Source: Syntrophobacterales bacterium
GTDB lineage: Bacteria; Desulfobacterota; Syntrophobacteria; BM002
Reading direction: 5' to 3'
DNA: 64,000 nucleotides
Assembly: GCA_050124835.1 (NCBI GenBank)
Contig: JASFEM010000002.1
Coordinates: 794-64,793 of the forward strand
A program made the translations under genes and the position numbers. Numbering within the stretch: the first letter of the stretch is position 1; every line of letters begins with the position of its first letter. This document shows positions 1 through 8,664 of the stretch, piece by piece. The notes under the pieces were generated by a model, which saw only the letters and a program-made list of their open reading frames with translations, did not search any database and was not told the DNA's origin.

Positions 1-529
1 CATCCTGTAAATCTCGAACCGGTAGGGCCCGGTAGTCTTTAGAGTGGCGCATCAGATCAGTGTAAGGATAGCCGCGCTGGAAGTTATAGACTTTGGCGCT
101 TATGGTTCTTCTCTTAATTTCCTTACCCTTCATCTCAAAGTCTATGGTCATGGGTTCTGATGCCCAAACCCAGCCACAACTCAACCTGATCTCAGGTACG
201 ACTTTAACCTTCCGGCCGCAATCAGTCTCATATCCTTTATAGCTCTTGTCGCGCACGAAAAGGCTAGCAAGCTCCTCAATAGTAGGCATCCTCCAGTTAT
301 CGTATCTGGTGGGAATAAGGTAGGGAAATGTCCACCTGCAATATTTTTCGGCTTGCCGCCAGTCAATGTTACCCTGATTGTCGTTCTTGGCCCACATGAC
401 TCCCAGCTGGTGGTCCGTTACCGTGCCATCTCCATTGTCGGTAAAGCGCTCCCCGGAGAAGGCCAATGAGCTGCTCAATACAAGAAAAACTGTGATCAAC
501 CCGAGGATCAAAGCTCGATATCTGTTCAT
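1..529 (-). CDS. DUF1566 (Lcl C-terminal domain)-like secreted protein, N-terminal part only (C-terminal end lies beyond window start)
   Basis: Not in the ORF track because it has no stop inside the window. Reverse-strand reading from ATG at 529-527, with an AAGGAG RBS just upstream, gives MNRYRALILGLITVFLVLSSSLAFS (signal peptide) followed by DNGDGTVTDHQLGVMWAKNDNQG...WRMPTIEELASLF. Confidence 0.6.
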   Translation of the reverse strand, partial: MNRYRALILGLITVFLVLSSSLAFSGERFTDNGDGTVTDHQLGVMWAKNDNQGNIDWRQAEKYCRWTFPYLIPTRYDNWRMPTIEELASLFVRDKSYKGYETDCGRKVKVVPEIRLSCGWVWASEPMTIDFEMKGKEIKRRTISAKVYNFQRGYPYTDLMRHSKDYRALPVRDLQD

Positions 530-570
530 CTTTTCTACTCCTTGTGACCCTTCCTCTAGCTACTCCTTAC

Positions 571-2643
571 TTATGCCGGGGCAGGAGCTGGAACCTGTGG
601 CCTCCTTGGCCTTTGCAGCAGGTAGATCAAACCATAAAGGGCAAGGCCTATGAGGTACATCCAGTAACGCTTCTCATGGGCAACTCCAAACAAACTGGCA
701 ATCGCATCTGGCCGCATCAAAATGAAGGTGACAGCCAACAGCAAGGGTAATTCGTAGAACCTGTTCTTTGCCACAAACCACCCCTGCGTGGCCGAGGCAA
801 AGGCAAAGTTTCCCAAACACGCCATGGCAAAAATTAACAAACCCGCTGGCCAGCTAGTAATATTGTGCAAAATCAGATCGGCGTTAAAGATGAACATGAA
901 AGGCAAAATGGCCGTGCGGATATCGTACATGAATCCCTGGATGCCCGTAGGGATGGGGTCCGACTTGGCAATGGCCGCGGCAGCGTAAGCAGCCAGACCC
1001 ACAGGCGGTGTGTCATCGGCCAAAATGCCGAAATAGAAGCAAAACAGGTGAGCAGCCATCAACGGAACGATGAAGTCGTACATAGCGCCAATCTCAACAA
1101 TAGCCGGCGCTGTGAGTGAGGCCATAACAATGTAGGTGGCGGTGGTGGGTAGACCCATGCCGATGATCAGGCTGGCAACCGCGGTGATGATCAGTAGCAG
1201 ATAGATGTTGCCACCGGAAAGGGTATCGATGATCTGGGTGATGAGCCCACCGAGGCCCATGGCCACCACTCCGACGATGATGCCGGCGGCGGCTGTAGCC
1301 AGGGCCACAGAAACCATATTCCTGCCACCCGCTGCCAGTGAGGAGAAGATGTCGACGATACTCTGTTTGAAGGCCGCACCGATGGGCTCTTTGTTGCGGA
1401 AAGCCTTCACCGGATTCTGAAATAACATAACCAGAGCCATGACCCAGATGGCATGAAAAGCGGCCAGCTCGGGTGAGTGTCGCACGACGATTAATTCATA
1501 GAGCAGCAGCAAGATTGGGATGAGGTAGTGAGCGCCACCGATCAGCGTTTTAAAAAATGGCGGCAATTCCGCCCGTGGTATACCCCTCAAACCCAGCTTG
1601 GAGGCCTCGATATGGGTGATGTAAAAGAGGGCCGCGTAGGAGGCAAAGGCCGGGACTGCTGCCGCCTTGATCACCGCGATGTAGGGAACGTTGACATACT
1701 CGGCAATAATAAAGGCCGCCGCACCCATGATGGGTGGGGCGAGCTGGCCGTCAGTACTGGCCGCCACCTCCACGGCAGCGGCTTTCTTGGCAGGATAGCC
1801 AACTTTCTTCATCAGAGGGATCGTGAAGGTGCCGGTGGTAACGATATTGGCGATGCTTGACCCGGATACCAGGCCGGTCAGGCCGCTGCCCACAATGGCA
1901 GCCTTGGCCGGTCCCCCTTTGAAGCCGCCCAGAAGACTCAAGGCAAGGTTGATAAAATACCTGCCAGCCCCTGCCTTGTCCAGCATAGCCCCGAAAAGAA
2001 CGAATAGAAAAACAATGGTGGCCGAAACATCCAGGGGGATACCGTAAATGCCTTCGGTGGACATGGTCATCTGGCCGATGAATCGATCCAGAGAAACGCC
2101 CTTGAAAGCGATGAGATCAGGCATATAGGGTCCCAGAAAGGAGTAGGCGATAAAGCCGGTGGCAATGGCGGGGAGGGCTGGACCAATCACGCGGCGCGAG
2201 GCCTCCAGTAACAGGATTGTCAGCGCCAGGCCGAAAACAAGATCACGGGTATTGGGGGCTCCGTAGCGCTCGATGATCCCGCCAAAGTCAACCATAATAT
2301 ATATGGCGGAAACGGCCGCGATAATGGCGATTACATAATCCAGGACAGGAATCTTGTCAGTGGCAGAGAGGAATTTAAGGCCAAAACGTGTCTTCTTGAA
2401 AAAAGGAAAGTTCAAAAAGACAATCAGCAGGGCAAAACCAAGGTGGATGGCCCGAATAAAAACGGTGTCGAGAATGAGCCAACTGGCGATGGACAACTGG
2501 AACAATGACCAGATTATCGCTACGGTGGGAATGACAAATCTGGCACCGCCCTTTGGTAATCGACCGACTCCTTCTTCTTCTTCGGCCAACTTCTTTGCCA
2601 GTTCAAGACCTTCTTCCTTTTCATGCTCTTCCACGTTATTCAT
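571..2643 (-). CDS. TRAP transporter fused permease (DctQ-like + DctM-like, TAXI-associated 4TM/12TM fusion)
   Basis: 690-aa polytopic membrane protein with a charged N-terminus followed by many TM helices. It lies directly downstream of a TAXI solute-binding-protein gene. Confidence 0.85.
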   Translation of the reverse strand: MNNVEEHEKEEGLELAKKLAEEEEGVGRLPKGGARFVIPTVAIIWSLFQLSIASWLILDTVFIRAIHLGFALLIVFLNFPFFKKTRFGLKFLSATDKIPVLDYVIAIIAAVSAIYIMVDFGGIIERYGAPNTRDLVFGLALTILLLEASRRVIGPALPAIATGFIAYSFLGPYMPDLIAFKGVSLDRFIGQMTMSTEGIYGIPLDVSATIVFLFVLFGAMLDKAGAGRYFINLALSLLGGFKGGPAKAAIVGSGLTGLVSGSSIANIVTTGTFTIPLMKKVGYPAKKAAAVEVAASTDGQLAPPIMGAAAFIIAEYVNVPYIAVIKAAAVPAFASYAALFYITHIEASKLGLRGIPRAELPPFFKTLIGGAHYLIPILLLLYELIVVRHSPELAAFHAIWVMALVMLFQNPVKAFRNKEPIGAAFKQSIVDIFSSLAAGGRNMVSVALATAAAGIIVGVVAMGLGGLITQIIDTLSGGNIYLLLIITAVASLIIGMGLPTTATYIVMASLTAPAIVEIGAMYDFIVPLMAAHLFCFYFGILADDTPPVGLAAYAAAAIAKSDPIPTGIQGFMYDIRTAILPFMFIFNADLILHNITSWPAGLLIFAMACLGNFAFASATQGWFVAKNRFYELPLLLAVTFILMRPDAIASLFGVAHEKRYWMYLIGLALYGLIYLLQRPRRPQVPAPAPA

Positions 2644-2705
2644 TTCATCACCCTAGATTTGAAAAGCTGTCGCGGCTAATTCTATTGATGGGTCTGATTC
2701 CACGT

Positions 2706-2800
2706 TCCCTGCAAGGAATGATGGAATAGTGGAACAGTGGAATATTGGGAGGAAGGGAACCTTTACAAAATATTCCACCCTTCCAATATTTCGCCATTCC
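2706..2800. repeat. TGGAATATTGG / CCAATATTCCA inverted-motif cluster in the TRAP intra-operon spacer
   Basis: ggaatagtggaacagtggaatattgg ... aatattccacccttccaatatttcgccattcc. The same CCAATATTCCA core recurs at 34952-34974. Confidence 0.5.
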
Positions 2801-2846
2801 AGACTTACAACCTAACCGAAGGCTGGAGAATTTGAAGATTGAAACG

Positions 2847-2875
2847 AAAGGCGGCGGAAATGTCCCGCCGCCTTT
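2847..2875 (-). terminator. Perfect GC-rich hairpin (aaaggcggcgg-N7-ccgccgccttt) between the SBP and permease genes; possible partial terminator or attenuator
   Basis: 11-bp perfect inverted repeat with a 7-nt loop. A moderately U-rich tract follows on the minus strand. Confidence 0.5.
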
Positions 2876-2891
2876 CTGAATAGTCACTAGT

Positions 2892-3872
2892 TTACATCAT
2901 GCCAGCCTCTTTATAGTACTTCATCGCACCCGGATGAATGGGTGCCGACATACCTTCAAGCATATTTTCCTTGGTCAGGACCTGGTAGGCCGGATGCAAC
3001 TTCTTGAAGTCCTCGAAGTTGTCGAAAACCTCTTTGGTGATGGCGTAAACCACCCGATCAGGCACCTTGGCTGAGGTGACAAAGGTGGCCTTCACACCAA
3101 AGGTCTGCACATCGCTCTTGTTGGTGGCTCCAGGGTATAGTTTGATTGGAATGAAGGCTTTAGCGTAGTAGGGGTACTTTTGCAGGAGCTTATCCACCCC
3201 GATGATGGGAACAAAGTGGACCTTTCTCCTGCCGGCGGTGGCCTCCTTGATGGCGCCGCTGGGATGACCCACCGTGTAGAAGAAGGCATCAATACGGCCG
3301 TCCTGCAGGAGTCCCGGGGCCTCAGCCGCCTTGACCCCCTCTGCATTCAGGTCTTTTTCATAGTCGATACCTGCATTTTCCAAACCGTCAATGGAATTCT
3401 GCCGCTGGCCGGAGCCCGGGTTTCCAATGTTCACCCGCTTTCCTTTGAGGTCCTGGATCGTTTTGATACCGGCATCATCTGCTGCCACCAGGGTTATGGA
3501 TTCCGGATGGATGGTGAATACGGCCCGAAGATCTTTCTGGGGACCTTTATCCTTCCATTCAGCCAGTCCGTTGATGGCCTGGAACTGGCGGTCGGACTGG
3601 ACCACACCAAATTCCAAGTCCCCGGCCATGACCGCATTGACGTTGAAGACCGAACCACCGGTCGATTCCACCGTGCAGCGGATATTGTAGACCTTTCTTT
3701 TCTTGTTGACGATTCTAGCAATGGCACCGCCAGTTGGATAATACACCCCTGTGATGCCGCCGGTTCCAATGGTAACAAAGGTGGTCTTCGCTACCACAGG
3801 AGCTGGACTAACCACAAGCCCAAGAGCCAAGCAAATGGTTGCGATTAAAGTTATCAATCCGATTCTCTTCAT
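2892..3872 (-). CDS. TAXI-family TRAP transporter solute-binding protein
   Basis: Signal peptide, then TFVTIGTGGITGVYYPTGGAIARIV, characteristic of the TAXI family (TIGR02122-like). Confidence 0.85.
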   Translation of the reverse strand: MKRIGLITLIATICLALGLVVSPAPVVAKTTFVTIGTGGITGVYYPTGGAIARIVNKKRKVYNIRCTVESTGGSVFNVNAVMAGDLEFGVVQSDRQFQAINGLAEWKDKGPQKDLRAVFTIHPESITLVAADDAGIKTIQDLKGKRVNIGNPGSGQRQNSIDGLENAGIDYEKDLNAEGVKAAEAPGLLQDGRIDAFFYTVGHPSGAIKEATAGRRKVHFVPIIGVDKLLQKYPYYAKAFIPIKLYPGATNKSDVQTFGVKATFVTSAKVPDRVVYAITKEVFDNFEDFKKLHPAYQVLTKENMLEGMSAPIHPGAMKYYKEAGMM

Positions 3873-4192
3873 ATGGTTTCTCCTATCTCTTGAGGTTGGA
3901 CGTGTTTAACACGAGGCGGCCATACAAATCGATATCTCACCTCCTTCCATCTGGGCCCTATTCGCTTAGATTTTTGGTTTGAGTTCGGCTTTTTATGATT
4001 GGGAACGCGTAGCGTACCCCAACGAGGAAGTTTATGTGTTATTGCTGCGTACTATCTTACCCGTGTAGATTTTGATGTCAAGTACAAAGGGGGGGATGAA
4101 TCTCTTGTTAGGCCGAGAAAAGTCGTTCTAATTGTTACGCATACTGATTTTATCTTCGTTTGCAGCGGCGATTTGGCAAGTGTCTCTGTCCC

Positions 4193-5050
4193 TTACTTGG
4201 GGGCGGGCACATACACGCCCTTTTCCTCCCACAGGGCCTCGCGTTCCCGTAAAATACGTAAAGTTTTCTTTGGATCCTGTATACTTATGGCAGTGAGAAG
4301 CGCGTTGACCAGGCTTGTGGCGGCAGTAAATGATTCAATAAAGGAGTCCAGCTCACAGTGGGCCGTGAGTACCCAGTGGGCATGGCGGGCCAGGGGAGAG
4401 AGAGGCGAATCGGTGATGGCTCCCACTCGGGCCCCTTGACGACGACCATGTTCTAGGATCTCCACGGTGAAGCGCGTGTAGCGGGGAAAGCTGATGCCGA
4501 TAATCAGATCGCTTTTTGCCAGCCCCTGGAGGATGTCCCACAATTCTCCGTGCCCTGGCACCAAAAGCTGCGTCTCCTTTCCCAGAAAGCGAAGATATGT
4601 GGCCAATGTCAGTGCCGGGGCGTGAGCTCCCCGCAATCCCACTACAAAAATCCGTCTGGCCGTCTGAATCTGCCCAACCGCCTGCTCGAAGAGTTCGACC
4701 GGCAAATCTCTCAAGGTCTGAGAGAGGTTGCGGATGTCCTCCTGGAGAACGTTCATCAGGACATTTCCCTGCTCTCGCACGTGGTCAACGGCATGCTCCA
4801 GTCGCGTCACCGTTGAAAGTCGGTCCCTCAATCCCTCCCTGAACTTTTTCTGCATACCCGGATAGCCATCAAACCCTAAGGCCTGGGCCATTCTCACCAC
4901 GGTGGCCTCGCTCACCTTCACCTTTTGGGCCAGCTGCGAGGCAGTGAGGAAGATTGCCTCCTCATAGTGATCCATGATATAGCGCATTATCCGCTGTTGG
5001 GACGGGGTCAGATGTATTCGCTTGTTGATTAGCAGTTCTTGAAAGGGCAT
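4193..5050 (-). CDS. RpiR/MurR-family transcriptional regulator (HTH_6 + SIS domain)
   Basis: N-terminal HTH followed by a SIS sugar-phosphate-binding domain. Divergent from the GS-like gene. Confidence 0.8.
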   Translation of the reverse strand: MPFQELLINKRIHLTPSQQRIMRYIMDHYEEAIFLTASQLAQKVKVSEATVVRMAQALGFDGYPGMQKKFREGLRDRLSTVTRLEHAVDHVREQGNVLMNVLQEDIRNLSQTLRDLPVELFEQAVGQIQTARRIFVVGLRGAHAPALTLATYLRFLGKETQLLVPGHGELWDILQGLAKSDLIIGISFPRYTRFTVEILEHGRRQGARVGAITDSPLSPLARHAHWVLTAHCELDSFIESFTAATSLVNALLTAISIQDPKKTLRILREREALWEEKGVYVPAPK

Positions 5051-5176
5051 GAAAAAAATCCTTCACAGAAAAAATTTATTGCATTTTTACTTAACAATTT
5101 ACTAGTATTCAAGTCAAACTAAAAATGGTACTGTCCGTGGTCAGTTCCGTTGCGGTGAAAGGAGACTTCAAGCACC

Positions 5177-6487
5177 ATGGTGAGTGTAAAGCAAATCAAA
5201 GAAAAGCTCAAACAGGTAGATTCTACCAAGATATTCTTCACCGATCTCAACGGTAGGAACCGGAGTCTGCCGGTCAACCCTGCAAACATGGATTCTATCA
5301 TCAAGAAAGGGGTCGGTTTCGACGGTAGCTCCATTGCCGGAATCGCCCCGATTGACGACAGTGACCGGCTCCTGTTGCCCATTCAAGACAGCTTCCGGAT
5401 TATAGAATTCAAAGATGAGAAACAGGGCTTTTTTATAGCCAAAATTCAAAATGCACAGGGTGGAAGATCAAAATCTGATTCCAGGGCCGTGCTGGAGCAT
5501 GTGGTTGATCAGGCTGAGTCAGAGTTCGGTTTTAGATTCTTTTTGGGGCCCGAACACGAGTTTTTTTTGCTCACCTGCGACTGTTTCACCGAGAATATCC
5601 ACTCTGACAATGCCGGTTATTTCCATTGCGATCCCCATGACAAAGGTGAGGTGGTCAGGAATAACATCATCAAGGTACTGGATAAGTGTGGCATAAAGTA
5701 TGAAAAAGCGCATCATGAGGTTACGGCGTCGCAGCACGAAATAAACCTGGAGTGTCTGGATCCCTTGGGGGCTGCCGACCGTACCGTGCTATTCAACTAT
5801 GTGACCCAGAAAGTAGCAGCGGAAAATGGCCTACACGCCACTTTCATGCCCAAGCCCTTTGATGGACAAAACAGAAATGCCTTCCATATTCACCTCTCCA
5901 TGCTGGACAAGAAGGGGAAGAATCTGTTCTTTCAGGCAAAGGCAGAATATAATCTGAGTAAGACCGCCAGGCAATTCATGGGAGGCATCATAAAATATGC
6001 CCGAGAGACCTCCATTGTGATGGCATCAACTTTCAATTCATATAAGGCCTACGTGGTCGAGAGGGAGGCTCCGGTGGTAAGGGGATGGGGGCTGAAAAAC
6101 AGAAGCTCCATGGTGAGGGTACCCTATGCGAGTAGCCCGGATAGTACGAGGATAGAGCTCAGAAACCCTGATCCCACCGGTAATCCTTACTTGCAGATGG
6201 CAACCCTCATCGGTATGGGTCTTCAAGGCATAAGAGAGGATCTTGATTGTGGCGAGCCAGACATGGGCAGCACTTACAAGGTCAGAAGGAAATATCGCGT
6301 CTGGGACAAAAGGTATCTTCCCAAGTCCATGTTCGAGGCCCTGGTGGAGGCCGAAAAGAGTAAATTTCTTAAAGGCTTATTGGGAGAGCGAATATACAAC
6401 AATTACATGGCCCTCAAGATTGCAGACTGGGAAGAGCACAGAACCCATGTTACGCCCAGAGAGCATGAGAAGTATTTGAGCATATAA
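5177..6487 (+). CDS. Glutamine synthetase-family enzyme (short GSI-alpha-like, 436 aa)
   Basis: GS motifs NGLHATFMPKPFDG, HHEVTASQHEINLE, ELRNPDPTGNPYL and an N-terminal beta-grasp domain. Confidence 0.85.
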   Translation: MVSVKQIKEKLKQVDSTKIFFTDLNGRNRSLPVNPANMDSIIKKGVGFDGSSIAGIAPIDDSDRLLLPIQDSFRIIEFKDEKQGFFIAKIQNAQGGRSKSDSRAVLEHVVDQAESEFGFRFFLGPEHEFFLLTCDCFTENIHSDNAGYFHCDPHDKGEVVRNNIIKVLDKCGIKYEKAHHEVTASQHEINLECLDPLGAADRTVLFNYVTQKVAAENGLHATFMPKPFDGQNRNAFHIHLSMLDKKGKNLFFQAKAEYNLSKTARQFMGGIIKYARETSIVMASTFNSYKAYVVEREAPVVRGWGLKNRSSMVRVPYASSPDSTRIELRNPDPTGNPYLQMATLIGMGLQGIREDLDCGEPDMGSTYKVRRKYRVWDKRYLPKSMFEALVEAEKSKFLKGLLGERIYNNYMALKIADWEEHRTHVTPREHEKYLSI

Positions 6488-6571
6488 AGCAGCTGGCAGC
6501 AGAAAGATTCTGATAGATGACCAATAACGCTATGCGCTTGGCGCTACGCGAGAATTAAGGAGAGAGATTTA

Positions 6572-7645
6572 ATGGAAAAATGGATCGAGCAACTACAACA
6601 TAGTGTAAATACCCTCGAAAAGCTCAGGGAGTACGTGGATGTCACTCCTGAGGAGGAGAAGGGTATCACCACACTCAACACCAAATGGGGCACGACACCC
6701 TACTTTGCTGCTCTGATGGATCGGAATGATCCCAACTGCCCAATCAGAAAGCAAGTCGTACCTTCTCTCAGGGAAAAAGAAAACCGTTACGGAATTCCAA
6801 ATTACCTGATCTGGAAAGAAAATCGCGACACCGACGAGGTCAGACCCGACAGCATTGCCAGGCAGTACCATGACCGCATTGCCTTTACCGTCACCGACAT
6901 GTGTGCCAACTATTGCCGGCACTGTTTCCGCAAAGAACTGGTTGTAGACCGTGACCTCAAACTTCGTATGGATGTGGAGGAGGGGTTGGCGTGGATTCAA
7001 GAACATAAAGAGATTCGCGATGTCCTCATCACCGGGGGTGACCCTTTTATCCTTTCAGACGAAAAAGTCGAATACCTTATACGAAAGCTGCGTGAAATCC
7101 AACATATCGAGATGATTCGCTTCGGTACCCGCACACCCATTGTGCTCCCGCATCGAATTACCGAAGGTCTTAAGAAGGTGCTGAGCGGTAATCACAAAGT
7201 ACCAATTTGGGTAAACACCCAGTGTAATCATCCCAATGAAATCACCGAAAAGACTGCCGAGGCAGTTTACGATCTGCTCTCTTGCGGTGTCAATGTGGGC
7301 AATCAGGCTGTTCTCCTAAAGGGTATTAACGACGATGTGGAAACCTTCAGAAAGTTGCACCAAAAACTTCTGGCGGTCAGGATTCGCCCCTATTACGTCT
7401 TTTACTGTGAACCGGCACCAGGAATAGATCATTTCCGCACCCCGGTTGAAAAGGGAGCTGAACTCATTCGAGATGCGCTTCGCGGTCACACGTCCGGTTT
7501 GGCCCAGCCCATGTATGTCATTGCCACCAATATTGGCAAGATTCCTCTTATGCCCGACTATTACATTGTTGACAAAAATGAGAAAGAATACACCCTGCGA
7601 AATTATAAAGGCGAAATAACCACACTGCCGAATATTCCCGAGTAA
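6572..7645 (+). CDS. KamA-family radical SAM 2,3-aminomutase-like protein
   Basis: CANYCRHC radical-SAM cluster motif. C-terminal region resembles lysine 2,3-aminomutase (HFRTP, LRGHTSG, LRNYKGEITT). 357 aa, shorter than canonical LAM. Confidence 0.85.
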   Translation: MEKWIEQLQHSVNTLEKLREYVDVTPEEEKGITTLNTKWGTTPYFAALMDRNDPNCPIRKQVVPSLREKENRYGIPNYLIWKENRDTDEVRPDSIARQYHDRIAFTVTDMCANYCRHCFRKELVVDRDLKLRMDVEEGLAWIQEHKEIRDVLITGGDPFILSDEKVEYLIRKLREIQHIEMIRFGTRTPIVLPHRITEGLKKVLSGNHKVPIWVNTQCNHPNEITEKTAEAVYDLLSCGVNVGNQAVLLKGINDDVETFRKLHQKLLAVRIRPYYVFYCEPAPGIDHFRTPVEKGAELIRDALRGHTSGLAQPMYVIATNIGKIPLMPDYYIVDKNEKEYTLRNYKGEITTLPNIPE

Positions 7646-7758
7646 CTTTTCAACTGGTTTGGCCGGCGGCGATGCATCCCGCCCCACAATTTTACTTGGT
7701 GTTCCAAACGACTGAAGGGGTGGAGTTAATAGCCGCCCGCCAAAATGGTGGTTCTTCA

Positions 7759-8496
7759 ATGACTCAAATCGTTGGCATTATTCCTGCCCGCTACGACGCC
7801 AAACGACTTCCAGGCAAACCATTGGCCATCATCCAAGACCGACCCATGATTCAACACGTTTACGAGCGTGCTGTTAAAGCGACCACCTTGCAGCGACTGG
7901 TAGTGGCCACGGATGATCCGAGAATTGAACGCGCAGTTGCTAAATTTGGTGGAGAAGTGCTTATGACCTCCCGTGACCACCCCAGTGGCACGGATCGGGT
8001 TGCCGAAGCCTCCCGCCAATTGATGCTCCAGGACGATGCCATCGTGGTCAACATTCAAGGTGACGAACCGCTGGTTCAAGCTGCGATGATTGACAGCCTA
8101 ACCCAGATCCTCCAAAAAAACAGTGATGTTCCCATGGCCACTCTCGCCTATCCGGACACAGACAGAAATGATCTTCTCGACCCTGACGTTGTCAAGGTTG
8201 TCCTAGACGCAAAGGGGCGAGCGCTGTATTTTTCTCGTTCTCCCATTCCCGCCGTCCGAGATGAGTCCTCCCCTCCACCCTACTACAAACACCTGGGGTT
8301 TTATGGTTACCGCAACGGCTTTTTGCAGGAGTTCACCAAGCTCTCCCCTGGAGTTTTGGAGCAACTGGAAAAACTGGAGCAACTTCGTGCTTTGGAACAC
8401 GGTTTTTCCATCTCGGTGGTCATCACGTCATCTGACTCCATCAGTGTGGACACCGCTGAAGATCTCGCCCGAGTCCGCAAAATCATGGCGCAATAG
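7759..8496 (+). CDS. kdsB: 3-deoxy-manno-octulosonate cytidylyltransferase (CMP-KDO synthetase)
   Basis: MTQIVGIIPARYDAKRLPGKPL... is a KdsB signature. The ORF-track start at 7672 is probably an N-terminal over-extension; the in-frame ATG at 7759 fits the family. Confidence 0.85.
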   Translation: MTQIVGIIPARYDAKRLPGKPLAIIQDRPMIQHVYERAVKATTLQRLVVATDDPRIERAVAKFGGEVLMTSRDHPSGTDRVAEASRQLMLQDDAIVVNIQGDEPLVQAAMIDSLTQILQKNSDVPMATLAYPDTDRNDLLDPDVVKVVLDAKGRALYFSRSPIPAVRDESSPPPYYKHLGFYGYRNGFLQEFTKLSPGVLEQLEKLEQLRALEHGFSISVVITSSDSISVDTAEDLARVRKIMAQ

Positions 8497-8664
8497 TACA
8501 GGATTTCTTCCAGTTTAACTGTCCATAAAACAGGTGATTTTAGCCTTACTTAAAAGGTTTTTTTGGCTAGCTAAAATGCTTGCCTTACTTCATTAAAACG
8601 ATTATGTTGATTGATTCGTGGACATCAGTTGTTGCCTGATTCATCAGGTAATGAGGTGACTTTA

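Noticed and set aside
3180-3848. 222-aa plus-strand ORF inside the TAXI SBP gene
   Set aside because: It lies entirely antisense to a well-supported CDS and its translation is low-complexity with no recognisable motif; a shadow ORF of GC-rich coding DNA.
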